From Desulfobacterales bacterium (GTDB lineage: Bacteria > Desulfobacterota > Desulfobacteria > Desulfobacterales > UBA5852): a DNA stretch of 64,000 nt. The DNA is taken from assembly GCA_963674755.2 (NCBI GenBank), contig CAXXVS010000002.1:832001-896000 (forward strand). Reading direction: 5' to 3'. Position 1 is the first letter of the stretch; each line of letters starts with the position of its first letter. Position numbers and translations under genes: made by a program. Shown piece after piece: positions 39,233 through 49,923 of this stretch. The notes below the pieces were generated by a model, which searched no databases, was not told the origin of the DNA, and saw nothing but the letters and a program-made list of their open reading frames with translations.

Positions 39233-39744
39233 ATGAACGCGACAGCGTGGTTAGCATATGTCATCGATGTTGTCCATAAAATTTGAATTGATGCAGTGGC
39301 ACCGGCGTTCAGGCGTTTAGGATGACGCATGTCATCCCGAACCTCATTCCGATTTCCGCTTCCCAGGTAACAGGCGTTTTTTAAGATCGTCGCTGAAGGG
39401 GCGCGTTCCGAAAAAAAGCGGGTAGGGAACGAACAACGCAAATACAGTCATTTCAATGCGCAAATGGGGTCCTTGTATCTATTGATTGAAATTCGGCTCT
39501 CAACGAAAATGAATTGCTATGCGCGGCATTGAATGGTCTGGGTGGATATTCGGAATAATCCTTTGAGGTTCGATTGCAGGGAAAGGTAAATTATGGTAAG
39601 AAAACAAATTCCGCTTGCCCGATGTGTGAAGGGGAGCTAAAAAGTTACGCTTGTGCGGTAATTTTACCCTCGATCTTCAAGCGGTTATACGAAAACGAAA
39701 ATAACTACCCAACATAATTATGTAAAAAAGTATCGGGCCTAGTA

Positions 39745-39776
39745 TAGAAGTCCGTTGCTCTCATCAGCTAAACTAC
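39745..39776 (-). repeat. Degenerate direct copy of the tRNA-Arg D-arm/anticodon segment
   Basis: 27/32 identity to 39195-39226, with the first 17 nt (TAGAAGTCCGTTGCTCT) exact. Confidence 0.8.
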
Positions 39777-39845
39777 CAGTGTATGAAACGCATCCGCGCC
39801 GTTTGCAAATGGCGTTTCGGGCGCACTTGATACGATAAGGGACCC

Positions 39846-40958
39846 ATGGTCAACAAGAAGACAAGCAAGCCCAAAGCAGCAAGCAACGAGGGCACCGCGG
39901 CGAATCGCTCCCACGCAGCCCAAAAGAAGCCCGCGACTGGGAAAAAGAGCGGTTCGGCTGCCAAGAAACCCAAGGCGGCCGAGGGCAAGAAAAAGCTGGC
40001 GGAAAAGCCGGACGTACTTGAACCCGAAGTGATCCCGGTGCCCCCGCTTGGCAAGGAAAAGAAAAAGAAGAGCACCGATTCGGAAAAAGCGCTGGTTAAA
40101 TTCGATCCGTTGCAGCGCTACCTTTCGGAGATCAGTACCTATCGGCTGCTGACCCGGGATGAAGAAAGGGAACTGGGAATCCGCGTGCGCGAGCAGGGCG
40201 ACAAGGAGGCTGCCTACGCCCTGGTGACTTCCAATCTGCGGCTGGTGGTAAAAATTGCGCTCGAGTTTCAACGCGTCTGGATGCAAAACCTGCTGGATTT
40301 GATCCAAGAGGGCAATATCGGTCTGATGCAGGCGGTGCGCAAGTTCGATCCTTATAAAAACGTGAAGTTTTCTTACTACGCTTCCTTCTGGATCAAAGCC
40401 TATATTTTAAAATTTATCATGGACAATTGGCGGCTGGTCAAAATCGGAACGACCCAAGGCCAGCGCAAATTGTTTTTCAAGCTGAAAAAGGAAAAACAAA
40501 AGCTCATCGAGCAGGGATTCGACCCCAAACCGAAACTGCTTTCGGAGCGGTTGGGCGTATCCGAGCGGGAAATCGTCGACATGGATCAACGTCTGGACGG
40601 CTGGGATGTTTCGCTCGACGCCCCCCTGAAGGACGATTCGGATACGGAGCGGATAGAATTTTTAAGCACCGAAGCCGTTTCGGCGGAAGACAAGGTTGCC
40701 AAAAAAGAAATCGAAGTTCTGCTTCACAACAAAATTGACGAATTCCGCAAAAATATGACTGATCGGGAAAAAGAGATCTTTGATTTGCGCATTTTTTCGG
40801 ACACCCCGGTAACCCTGCAGGAAATCGGTGATCGTTACGGTATCAGCCGGGAACGTGTACGGCAGGTCGAAAAGAATATCATCAAGAAAATGCGGGAGTT
40901 TTTCAAGCAGGAAATCCCTGATTTCTCCGCTTACACGGAAGGCCAGACAGCGGACTAG
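39846..40958 (+). CDS. rpoH: RpoH/sigma-32 family sigma factor
   Basis: SNLRLVVKIA, DLIQEGNIGLM, RpoH box WRLVKIGTTQGQRKLFFKL, TLQEIG..YGISRERVRQ. Confidence 0.9.
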   Translation: MVNKKTSKPKAASNEGTAANRSHAAQKKPATGKKSGSAAKKPKAAEGKKKLAEKPDVLEPEVIPVPPLGKEKKKKSTDSEKALVKFDPLQRYLSEISTYRLLTRDEERELGIRVREQGDKEAAYALVTSNLRLVVKIALEFQRVWMQNLLDLIQEGNIGLMQAVRKFDPYKNVKFSYYASFWIKAYILKFIMDNWRLVKIGTTQGQRKLFFKLKKEKQKLIEQGFDPKPKLLSERLGVSEREIVDMDQRLDGWDVSLDAPLKDDSDTERIEFLSTEAVSAEDKVAKKEIEVLLHNKIDEFRKNMTDREKEIFDLRIFSDTPVTLQEIGDRYGISRERVRQVEKNIIKKMREFFKQEIPDFSAYTEGQTAD

Positions 40959-41098
40959 CCGAACGGCGGGCTTTTCGTGATCGGCTTCGATCGATAGCGG
41001 CAGATCCGGACCGCCTTCTCACACGGCACATCCTCCACCCGTCATCGCGTTCACCCTCCATTGGCGCGCGCAAGACAGGACATCGGGAAGAAAATCGT

Positions 41099-42826
41099 AT
41101 GCAATCCAAACGGCGCAAGGGCATATTGATTGTTGTTTTAGGCGCGGTGCTGATACTCACCGGCTGTGCTGCGTGGCATGCGGCACCCCACAGCGGAACC
41201 GCCGGTCCCGTCGCCACGGCCCCGCCTCCCAATAGCTACTACTATTATACCGAAGCCCAGATCCTGCGAAATCGTGGGGATAACCTGGGCGCTATTAAAA
41301 TGATGCAGCGTGCCATGGAGCGCGATCCGGATGCGATTTACATCCGGCGGGAATTGGCCGCGTTGTATTTGCAGACCAATAAAGAGGACCAGGCGCTCGA
41401 CCTGCTGCTCGGTATCCTGAATGATGATCCCGGAGACGTGCCCACGCTCTTGATTCTTGGGCGCATATACCAGAACCGCAAAGAACTCGATAAGGCGAAA
41501 GCCGTCTATGAGGAAGTGCTGGATCAGGACCCGGAACAGGAAGATGTCTATTTGCTGCTGGGCAATCTTTACATGAACGATCACCAGTACGACGAGGCCT
41601 TCGACACCTTTCAGCGTATGACCGAACGGTTCCCCGGGGCCTATGCGGGATTTTTTTTCATTGGGAAAATCCAGCGCGAATGGGGCGACGATGCCAAGGC
41701 CGAACAAGCATTTTTAAAATCGCTGTCCATCGAGCCCAAGCTCGAGGGCGCGCGCTTCGAGTTGATCGACCTCTACGAACAGCGACCCGACACTGCCGCC
41801 GCACGCCGCAAAACGATCGAGCAATACCAGGCCATTCTGGACGAGGACCCTGAAAGTCCACGGGCTGTTTTCGGGCTGGCCCTTTATTACCGTAAAATCG
41901 GAAAGCCGCGACAGGCCGACGAATTGGTCCGTGAGTTGACCGATACGGCCTCCGAGAATGACTTGGTGCGCAATATTTTCAGACTTTATCTGGAACCGGG
42001 GCGCAATACCGACGCGGTTTATCTGCTGGAAAGGATTCTTCAGGACCGCCCTGATTTCACCAGCCTGCAATACCTGCTGGGGGTTGCTTACCACAACCTG
42101 GAAAACGACACCCAGGCCATGGTGCACTTCCGGGAGGTTCCGCATGACTCTCAGTTCTACCGGGACGCCATCATCCAGCAAGCCTTTTATTACAGTGACG
42201 ATGGTCAGGTCGACAAGGCCATCGCCACTCTTGAAACGGCATTGACGCATGATCCGGATAGCCCTGATTTCCTCGTTTACCTGGCCTCCATGTATGAGGA
42301 AAAGAAGGCTTACGACAAGGCCCTGGCGTTGCTCAAACATGCCATCGAGGTGGATCCGGAAAACGAACGGGCCTATTTTCGGCTGGGCGTCGTCTATGAC
42401 AAAATGGATCGCAAGGAAGATTCCATTGCCGCCATGAAACAAGTGCTCGCCCTGAAACCGGATCATGCCAATGCGCTCAATTATCTCGGCTACACCTATG
42501 CCGATCTCGGGATCCATTTGGATGAGGCCGAAAAGCTGGTTCAGAAAGCGTTGACCCTCAAACCGGATGACGGCTACATCACCGACAGCCTCGGCTGGAT
42601 CTATTACAAGCAGGGACGCTACCAAGAGGCATTGAGCTATTTGCTGAAAGCCGCCGAATTGGTCAAGGACGACCCCATCATTCTGGAACATGTGGGCGAT
42701 GCCTACCGGGAATTGGGTCAGAATGAAAAAGCCCTTGAATTTTACCGGAATTCTTTGAAGCTTCGCGAGAAGGACAAGGATGCCGTCATTGAGAAAATCA
42801 AGCTTCTGGAGCAACCCTCCTCTTGA
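41099..42826 (+). CDS. TPR-repeat lipoprotein
   Basis: Lipobox LTGC; many TPRs; NALNYLGY...DSLGW...EHVGD tail. Confidence 0.85.
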   Translation: MQSKRRKGILIVVLGAVLILTGCAAWHAAPHSGTAGPVATAPPPNSYYYYTEAQILRNRGDNLGAIKMMQRAMERDPDAIYIRRELAALYLQTNKEDQALDLLLGILNDDPGDVPTLLILGRIYQNRKELDKAKAVYEEVLDQDPEQEDVYLLLGNLYMNDHQYDEAFDTFQRMTERFPGAYAGFFFIGKIQREWGDDAKAEQAFLKSLSIEPKLEGARFELIDLYEQRPDTAAARRKTIEQYQAILDEDPESPRAVFGLALYYRKIGKPRQADELVRELTDTASENDLVRNIFRLYLEPGRNTDAVYLLERILQDRPDFTSLQYLLGVAYHNLENDTQAMVHFREVPHDSQFYRDAIIQQAFYYSDDGQVDKAIATLETALTHDPDSPDFLVYLASMYEEKKAYDKALALLKHAIEVDPENERAYFRLGVVYDKMDRKEDSIAAMKQVLALKPDHANALNYLGYTYADLGIHLDEAEKLVQKALTLKPDDGYITDSLGWIYYKQGRYQEALSYLLKAAELVKDDPIILEHVGDAYRELGQNEKALEFYRNSLKLREKDKDAVIEKIKLLEQPSS

Positions 42827-43734
42827 CGCCGGTAGCATCCCAATGGGCAGCCGTCGGTTGTGTTGCGGATCGTAGGTCGGTGGTGGCCGCTTCCATAGGC
42901 TTTGGCCGGTGCGCCTTTTTCCGCGCCCGTCAGGGACGCTGGAGGCGTCATCCGTCCTGGTGGAAGAAGTGGCTGCAGTTGACCCTGCTGGGGGCGCTCT
43001 TGAGCGGGTGCTCCGGATGGATGGGCCCCCCGGCTGAAATTCAATACGACAGTCAGGCCACACAGCAACTGATGTACCAGTTGCTGGCGGCCAATGCCGG
43101 GTTGGAAGCGATCAAAGGCCTGGGGCGGGTGACGGTCACGACGGGCGGCACGGCGCACACTTACGAGCGCGCGGTTTGGGTGGGCGCCGCGCCCGGCCGG
43201 TTGCGGTTTGTGTTCCAGGCGCCCACCGGGATGCCGGTGTTCTCCATGAGCTGCGATGCCGAGTGGCTCACTGCGCTGAACTATTCGGATGGCCGCTATT
43301 ATCGGCACCAGATTGGCGACAACAGCCTGTCCCGCTACCTGCCGGTATCCATCAAGTGCGCCGATTTATATGCGCTGCTGGTGGACCGGCCTCCGAAGGT
43401 GGCCTACGATGCCGTGCGCCTCGATGCCGCGCAATCCTCCGGCGGTGATTCCCTGGTCCTTTTATTGCAGCGGCGTTTTCGCGGCACGGTGGGGCGGATT
43501 CGCGTGGATCGCACTACCGGCGCCCTGCAGGCTGTGGAGTTGCTCGACATCCACGGCAATCGCCTCTATGAGGCACGCCTGCAAGCGATAAAAACCATAG
43601 ACGGGTATCGGCTGCCAACCCGCATAACCCTCAGCGGTCCCGACGGGAGTCTGGTTCTTGACGTCCGACGTTGCTGGCCGGAATCTTCTGTAACGGAAGA
43701 CCTTTTCCAGATCGCGCCGCCCCAAACGGAGTGA
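42823..43734 (+). CDS. LolB/DUF4292-like lipoprotein (true start probably downstream)
   Basis: Lipobox LSGC; beta-rich, ends with LPTRITL; position after a TPR gene is typical. Confidence 0.6.
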   Translation: MTPVASQWAAVGCVADRRSVVAASIGFGRCAFFRARQGRWRRHPSWWKKWLQLTLLGALLSGCSGWMGPPAEIQYDSQATQQLMYQLLAANAGLEAIKGLGRVTVTTGGTAHTYERAVWVGAAPGRLRFVFQAPTGMPVFSMSCDAEWLTALNYSDGRYYRHQIGDNSLSRYLPVSIKCADLYALLVDRPPKVAYDAVRLDAAQSSGGDSLVLLLQRRFRGTVGRIRVDRTTGALQAVELLDIHGNRLYEARLQAIKTIDGYRLPTRITLSGPDGSLVLDVRRCWPESSVTEDLFQIAPPQTE

Positions 43735-43804
43735 AACCGACCATCGGCCTCCGCCAGCGGGTAGGCCGGCTTGTTTACCACTCAGGCGTATAGAGGGGCA
43801 CCAC

Positions 43805-44581
43805 GTGAACAAAGCCATCGCGCTGGAGTATCGCCTCAGGCCCTGCCGCAATGTCCGCACCTTGGGCGTGCGCCCCAATTTTCTGGATTATACGGATGAA
43901 GAAATCAAGGCCATCCGGCAGGCCCATAAAATTTATTATCCATCTGTTTTTTATGCGGATCTGTTCGACGCTATGGGGAAAGCCATCTTCCCTAGCTATC
44001 ACACCTACAAGTGCGTCCAGGATAAAATCAAACAGACTCAGATGTTCCACCTGCTGGATATTCCCCATCCCTTCACGCGGGTTTTTTACGGTAAACGGTG
44101 CTTTGAAAAAATCACCCGTACCTTTAAATTTCCCCTGATCGCTAAAATTCCGCGTGGCTCGGCACTGGGCCGCGGGGTTTTTCTCATTCACGATGAAGGC
44201 CAACTAAAGGACTATCTTCGACAGTCCCCTGTGGCCTATATTCAGGAACATCTGGCGCTCGATCGTGACATGCGAATTGTCGTGATCGGCGATCGTGTGG
44301 TGCACGCCTATTGGCGGCTGACGCCTGAGGGCGAGTATCGCAGCAATGTCGCCGTGGGCGGACGGATTTCCTGTGACAGCGTGCCGGAGGCGGCGCGGAT
44401 GCTGGCCTTGCATACCGCCCGGGTATGCGGTTGGAACGATGTCGGCATCGATATTTGTGAACATGAAGGTCGCTACCTCGTCCTTGAAGCCAATATGAAA
44501 TATGGTAAGGAGGGATTTCGCAAGGCAGGTATCGATTATTACCGCTTAATGGAGGAGTTGATCGACAATGGTGCCATATGA
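43805..44581 (+). CDS. RimK-family ATP-grasp ligase
   Basis: DKIKQ, AKIPRGSALGRGV, YIQE, DMRIVVIG, YRSNVAVGG, GIDI, LEAN. Confidence 0.85.
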   Translation: MNKAIALEYRLRPCRNVRTLGVRPNFLDYTDEEIKAIRQAHKIYYPSVFYADLFDAMGKAIFPSYHTYKCVQDKIKQTQMFHLLDIPHPFTRVFYGKRCFEKITRTFKFPLIAKIPRGSALGRGVFLIHDEGQLKDYLRQSPVAYIQEHLALDRDMRIVVIGDRVVHAYWRLTPEGEYRSNVAVGGRISCDSVPEAARMLALHTARVCGWNDVGIDICEHEGRYLVLEANMKYGKEGFRKAGIDYYRLMEELIDNGAI

Positions 44582-45734
44582 CACCAATGTGCTGGACCTC
44601 TTGAAGACATCGCTGGACCAACGCGAGGCCGAATACTTGTCGCCGGTCGCTGCCAAGAGTTCCGATGGCCAGCGGCGCGAACCGGAGGAGCGTCCCGGGG
44701 GGTATCGACAGAATTTTTCCCTCGATGTGGACCGTATCCTGCACTCGCTGGCCTATACGCGCTATATCGACAAAACCCAGGTGTTCTATCTCATTCAGAA
44801 CGATCATATCACCCATCGTGTCCTGCACGTGCAGCTGGTATCCAAGATTGCCCGCACCATCGGCCGATTTCTGGGGCTCAACGAGGACCTGATCGAAGCC
44901 ATCGCCTTGGGACACGACATCGGCCATACGCCATTCGGCCATGACGGCGAACTCTTCCTGAGCGAGCTGTGCCGGGGCCACGGCATCGGCGCTTTTCAGC
45001 ACAACCTGCAGAGTGTGCAATTTCTGGACCGCGTGGAACGCAAGGGACGCGGGTGGAATCTCTGCCTGCAAACGCTGGATGGGATCGTCTGCCACGACGG
45101 CGAGGTTCACAATCAACTGCTCAAACCCGAATGGGATAAAACCTTTGAGGCCTTCGAGGGTAGCATGCTGGCCAAAAAGCAGGACGCCGACCTGCAACTG
45201 ACCCCCAAGACCCTGGAGGGCTGCGTGGTGCGCATGGCTGACACCATCAGCTATATCGGACGCGATATCGACGACGCCATTCGTCTGGGGATGCTGCATC
45301 GCAGCGAACTGCCCGAGGATGTCGTCAAAGTTCTGGGTGCCACCAACGGCACCATTGTCTACAATCTGGTGACCGACATCATTCGCAACAGCTACCGGCA
45401 GCCCTATGTGACCTTCAGCCCGGAGGTATCGCGGGCCTTGAAAGCCTTAAAAGGATTCAACATGCGACGCATCTATCAGAATCCTTTGATAAAGAAACAT
45501 ACGCTGAAAATTAAGCATCTTTTCGAGTTATTATTCAAGCGATACTTGAATGATATCGAGGCCGGGCACGAGGATTCGGTGATTTTTACAGGCTTTCTCA
45601 AGGACATGGACAACCACTACGTTCATGACCATTCACCCGCGGAAGTGGTGCGCGATTTCATCGCCGGCATGACCGACAAATACTTCCTGCGCCAGTGTCC
45701 CCCGGAATTGCGGCCGCAAGTGGAAGTCCGGTGA
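44568..45734 (+). CDS. HD-domain dGTP triphosphohydrolase-like protein
   Basis: DVDRILHS, DKTQVF, LGHDIGHTPFGHDGE, ADTISY, DFIAGMTD. Confidence 0.88.
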   Translation: MVPYDTNVLDLLKTSLDQREAEYLSPVAAKSSDGQRREPEERPGGYRQNFSLDVDRILHSLAYTRYIDKTQVFYLIQNDHITHRVLHVQLVSKIARTIGRFLGLNEDLIEAIALGHDIGHTPFGHDGELFLSELCRGHGIGAFQHNLQSVQFLDRVERKGRGWNLCLQTLDGIVCHDGEVHNQLLKPEWDKTFEAFEGSMLAKKQDADLQLTPKTLEGCVVRMADTISYIGRDIDDAIRLGMLHRSELPEDVVKVLGATNGTIVYNLVTDIIRNSYRQPYVTFSPEVSRALKALKGFNMRRIYQNPLIKKHTLKIKHLFELLFKRYLNDIEAGHEDSVIFTGFLKDMDNHYVHDHSPAEVVRDFIAGMTDKYFLRQCPPELRPQVEVR

Positions 45735-45779
45735 GATCGCCCCCGCACGGTGGTCGGCATCAGCGCGACCAGACCATGA

Positions 45780-46577
45780 ATGGATAAGACGGTTATTGAG
45801 GTACAAAAGCAAGAGCGCATGACAGCATCGTTGCATGGTGCCAGCGGCGAACGGCGCACCTACCGGCGGCAGGCCATGGTGACGCATTTGCATTCGTTTC
45901 AGGTCACGGTCCAGGAAACCGATTTAATGGTCCAGGCCGAACAGGATCTGTCCGTCCTTTGCCGCGAGGAAGTACTGGCGCAGCGTGGCTATATCGAGCA
46001 GTATAGCACACGATTTCAGGAGTTTCTGCGAACCCTCCATCCTTGGGCCGATAGTGAACCGGCGCCTGAGATCATCCGCCGCATGACCCGGGCCGGCCAG
46101 GCAGCCGGTGTGGGACCCATGGCGGCGGTGGCCGGGGCCATCGCCGAAGCGGTCGGCCAAGTGCTCGGCCGGCATTCCCAGGAGGTCGTCGTTGAAAACG
46201 GCGGCGACATCTATCTGGTGTTGAAGCGACCGGTGACGGTCGGCCTTTATGCCGGGCAATCCCCTTTGAGCATGCGAATCGGTCTCCAGCTCGATCCCGG
46301 TGGGAAACCCCTGGCCGTATGCACCTCTTCGGGGACCATCGGCCATTCCCTCAGCATGGGACACGCCGATGCCGTCTGCGTCGTGGCCCGTCAATGCGCC
46401 CTGGCCGATGCGGCCGCCACGGCCGTGGGCAATCGCATCGCCGATGCCCGGGCCATCCCCGAGGCGCTTCAGTTTTCTCGCTCGATCGAAGGCCTCATGG
46501 GGGTGGTCGCCATCTGCGGAGACCGAATGGGCCTGTGGGGGGATTTGCGCCTCGTCAAGCTCGACAGAAGAAAATAG
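45780..46577 (+). CDS. UPF0280 (ApbE-superfamily) protein; start uncertain
   Basis: VGPMAAVAGAIA, VENGGDI, CTSSGTIGHSLSMG.AD, ADAAATA. Confidence 0.85.
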   Translation: MDKTVIEVQKQERMTASLHGASGERRTYRRQAMVTHLHSFQVTVQETDLMVQAEQDLSVLCREEVLAQRGYIEQYSTRFQEFLRTLHPWADSEPAPEIIRRMTRAGQAAGVGPMAAVAGAIAEAVGQVLGRHSQEVVVENGGDIYLVLKRPVTVGLYAGQSPLSMRIGLQLDPGGKPLAVCTSSGTIGHSLSMGHADAVCVVARQCALADAAATAVGNRIADARAIPEALQFSRSIEGLMGVVAICGDRMGLWGDLRLVKLDRRK

Positions 46578-46772
46578 GTTGAATTTTAAGGGCAAAAAGG
46601 TTAATTTAGCAGGCTTAGAAACGCTGATCGGGGCCCTGTGCATGTGCTGCAGCCGTGAATCGCACTCTCTGCCAGGAGACAATCCGCCGGTCTGGCGGGG
46701 GCGGCTCATCATGACCATCTCCGGCGGGCCCTTGTGCAATTGTCAACCCCCTCATGATGGGAGACCAGCCTG

Positions 46773-47180
46773 ATGAAAAAAGTCAAAATCGGCTTCTGGC
46801 TTATCGTTGTCGCCTTTCTGTTGCTCATCGGTTTCCAGAACGAAGGGTTTTTTCTGCAAAAGCACAGCTTCGATCTCAATTTATGGGTGAGGGAACCCTA
46901 TCACTCGCCGGACATCTACAATGCCGTTTTATTTGCGGGTTGTTTTCTGGCGGGCTTGATTATTGCCTACCTTTCAGGCTTGTTTGAACGCTTTAAAGCC
47001 AATAAAGCCTGTAAACAACTCCATAAAACCGTGGCCGATCAGAGAGGCGAACTGGCCCAGTTGAAAACCGAAGTAGAGGCCTTCAAAAATGCCGCCAAGC
47101 CGGCCACGGTGGTGCTGGCCGACGATACTGCGGAAGGAACGTCTCCAAGCGACGAGCCCAGCGCCGATGCTGAGCACTGA
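46773..47180 (+). CDS. LapA-like two-TM protein with a coiled coil
   Basis: TM-QN-loop-TM-coiled-coil layout; GGAG RBS. Confidence 0.65.
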   Translation: MKKVKIGFWLIVVAFLLLIGFQNEGFFLQKHSFDLNLWVREPYHSPDIYNAVLFAGCFLAGLIIAYLSGLFERFKANKACKQLHKTVADQRGELAQLKTEVEAFKNAAKPATVVLADDTAEGTSPSDEPSADAEH

Positions 47181-47269
47181 CGATCATGAAACAGCGTGCC
47201 AGGGACGTCCCCCGCGAAACGATCGCGGCCGGCGTCCCCGCTGTTGACGTACCCTGAGTTTTTGTCTGA

Positions 47270-49891
47270 ATGAGTTCTGCCAAACTAACCCCGATGCTCA
47301 AGCAGTATTTGTCCATTAAGGACACCTATCCGGATGCGATTCTGCTTTATCGTATGGGGGATTTCTTCGAGATGTTCTTCGAAGACGCTGAGGTAGCCTC
47401 CCGCGCCCTTGAAATCACCCTGACGTCCCGCAACAAAAACGATGCCCATCCCGTTCCCATGTGCGGGGTGCCCGTCCGTGCCGTACAGGGCTATATCGCC
47501 CGTCTGATTGAAAAAGGCTTCAAAGTGGCCCTGTGCGACCAGGTCGAAGATCCCGCCCAGGCCCAAGGTATTGTCAAACGCGAGGTGGTGCGGGTGTTGA
47601 CCCCGGGAATGATTCTGGAAAACGAGCTTCTCGAGCGGTCGGTCCACAATTATATCCTGGCCCTTGCCGTCCATGAACAACAGGTGGGGCTGGCCTACCT
47701 GGACATTTCCACAGGAACTTTTCGCCTTACTGAAACGGACGATCGCCAGGCCGCCCTGGAAGAAGCCCTGCGCATCGACCCCCGGGAAATTCTGATTGCC
47801 GAATCCGCCCAAACCAATGCGGTGCTAACAGACCTGACCGCTCCCTTCGCCGAGCGGGTCTTGACTGTTTTGGATGCCAGCGTCTTTTCCCATCGTCGGG
47901 CCCGGGAACAATTGCGGGAATTGTTTCATACGCTGTCCCTGGAAGGTTTCGGGTGCGAGGCCATGAAGACCGGACTGCGGGCCGCCGGCGCCTTGGTACA
48001 CTACCTCAAGGAAACTCAGAAGCAGGCAGTGGATCATTTCAGCGGCATTGAAACCTACCATCTCAGCGCGTATATGTGGGTTGATGAACGCTCCTGCCGC
48101 AATCTCGAGCTCACGGCCAATCTGCAAAGCGGCGGACGTTCGGGAACCCTGGTCAATGTTCTGGATCGCACGCGCACCGCTATGGGCGGGCGTCTGCTGC
48201 GGGAGTGGCTGCGCTACCCGTTGATGGATCACGAACAAATCGTCGCACGGCATGCCGCGGTGGACGAGGCCCTGGAACGTAAAGCCGAACGTCATGGGAT
48301 TCGGGAGCAGCTCAAGGGGGTGCACGACCTGGAGCGGTTGAGCAGCAAGATTTCCATGGGACGCGCTAACGCCCGGGACCTGGTGGCCCTCAAGGCTTCG
48401 CTGCAGGTCCTGCCCGAGCTGTTTGACGCCTTGGCCCAAATGGAGGCCCGTGCCTTTTGCTGCACACTGCCGCTGGAGGGATTGAATACGCTTGCCGCGC
48501 TGATCGAACGGGCCATCCGGGAAGATGCCCCCCCCGTCCTCAACGAGGGCGGACTCATTAAAGAGGGCTACAACGCCGAGTTGGACGATCTTGTCCAAAT
48601 CAGCCGCGACGGGAAAGGCTACCTGGCCAAGCTGGAATCCCGCGAACGGGAGGCCACCCGGATCGGGGCCCTGAAGGTACGCTACAACAAGGTTTTCGGC
48701 TATTATATCGAAGTGCCCAAAGCGCGCGTCACCGAGGTGCCCGAGCATTATGTGCGCAAACAGACCCTGGTCAATGCCGAGCGCTATATCACCGAAGAAC
48801 TGAAGAACTTTGAAGCGAAAGTGCTCAATGCCGAAGAGCGCCGGGCGAGCCTGGAATATGACCTGTTCAACGACGTGCGCCGACAGGCGGCCGGGCAGCA
48901 GGCTGACGTGAAACAGACGGCCATGTTCCTGGCGGCGGTGGACTGCCTGATGGGGCTGGCCGAGGTGGCCGAGCAGCGTCATTTCACGCGCCCGGCCATC
49001 AACAAGGACGGTGTGCTGCATATCGAAGAGGGGCGGCATCCTGTGGTCGAGCAGGTGCTGACCGGCGAGCGGTTTGTGCCCAACACCCTTCATCTGGACA
49101 TGGCCGACCAGCAGGTGCTGGTCATCACGGGGCCCAATATGGCCGGCAAATCAACGGTGCTGCGCCAGGCCGCCCTGACGGTGGTCATGGCCCAGATGGG
49201 GTCCTTCGTGGCGGCGGAAAAGGCCTCCGTCCCCATTGTGGATAAAATTTTTACCCGTGTGGGCGCCCTCGACAATCTTTCCCAGGGGCAAAGCACTTTT
49301 ATGGTGGAGATGCAGGAGACGGCCAATATCCTGCACAATGCCACCGAACACAGTCTGGTGATCCTGGACGAAATCGGCCGGGGGACCAGTACCTATGACG
49401 GCATGAGCATCGCCTGGGCGGTGGCCGAGTTCTTGCACGACCTGGCTGGCCGGGGGGTCAAGACGCTGTTTGCCACCCATTACCACGAATTGACGGATTT
49501 GGCCGGCCGGCGCCCCCGGGTGAAGAATTACAATATTGCGGTCAAAGAATGGAACGACGAGATCATCTTCTTGCGCAAACTGGTGGAAGGCGGTACCAAC
49601 CGCAGCTATGGGATTCAGGTGGCGCGGCTGGCCGGGATTCCCGAAGGCGTTATCACGCGTGCCAAACAAATCCTGCTGGCGGTCGAAAAAGACAACCAGG
49701 GCGCCTTCCGACCCGGCAAGACCGGTAACCCCCATGCGATTCCTTCCAGCCAGGTGCAGATGGACTTGTTCCGACGACCGGATCAGGACATTATTGAACG
49801 ATTGCGCCGGGTCGACATCGGCCAGACGACGCCTATTGAAGCGCTCAATTTGCTGAGTGATCTGCAGAGCCGGGCACGGGCGGACGACTGA
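47270..49891 (+). CDS. mutS: DNA mismatch repair protein MutS
   Basis: TPMLKQY, YRMGDFFEMF, TGPNMAGKST, STFMVEM, DEIGRGT, FATHYHE. Confidence 0.97.
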   Translation: MSSAKLTPMLKQYLSIKDTYPDAILLYRMGDFFEMFFEDAEVASRALEITLTSRNKNDAHPVPMCGVPVRAVQGYIARLIEKGFKVALCDQVEDPAQAQGIVKREVVRVLTPGMILENELLERSVHNYILALAVHEQQVGLAYLDISTGTFRLTETDDRQAALEEALRIDPREILIAESAQTNAVLTDLTAPFAERVLTVLDASVFSHRRAREQLRELFHTLSLEGFGCEAMKTGLRAAGALVHYLKETQKQAVDHFSGIETYHLSAYMWVDERSCRNLELTANLQSGGRSGTLVNVLDRTRTAMGGRLLREWLRYPLMDHEQIVARHAAVDEALERKAERHGIREQLKGVHDLERLSSKISMGRANARDLVALKASLQVLPELFDALAQMEARAFCCTLPLEGLNTLAALIERAIREDAPPVLNEGGLIKEGYNAELDDLVQISRDGKGYLAKLESREREATRIGALKVRYNKVFGYYIEVPKARVTEVPEHYVRKQTLVNAERYITEELKNFEAKVLNAEERRASLEYDLFNDVRRQAAGQQADVKQTAMFLAAVDCLMGLAEVAEQRHFTRPAINKDGVLHIEEGRHPVVEQVLTGERFVPNTLHLDMADQQVLVITGPNMAGKSTVLRQAALTVVMAQMGSFVAAEKASVPIVDKIFTRVGALDNLSQGQSTFMVEMQETANILHNATEHSLVILDEIGRGTSTYDGMSIAWAVAEFLHDLAGRGVKTLFATHYHELTDLAGRRPRVKNYNIAVKEWNDEIIFLRKLVEGGTNRSYGIQVARLAGIPEGVITRAKQILLAVEKDNQGAFRPGKTGNPHAIPSSQVQMDLFRRPDQDIIERLRRVDIGQTTPIEALNLLSDLQSRARADD

Positions 49892-49923
49892 CCCGACCTG
49901 ACGTTTGGCCCTTGCAGATAAGG

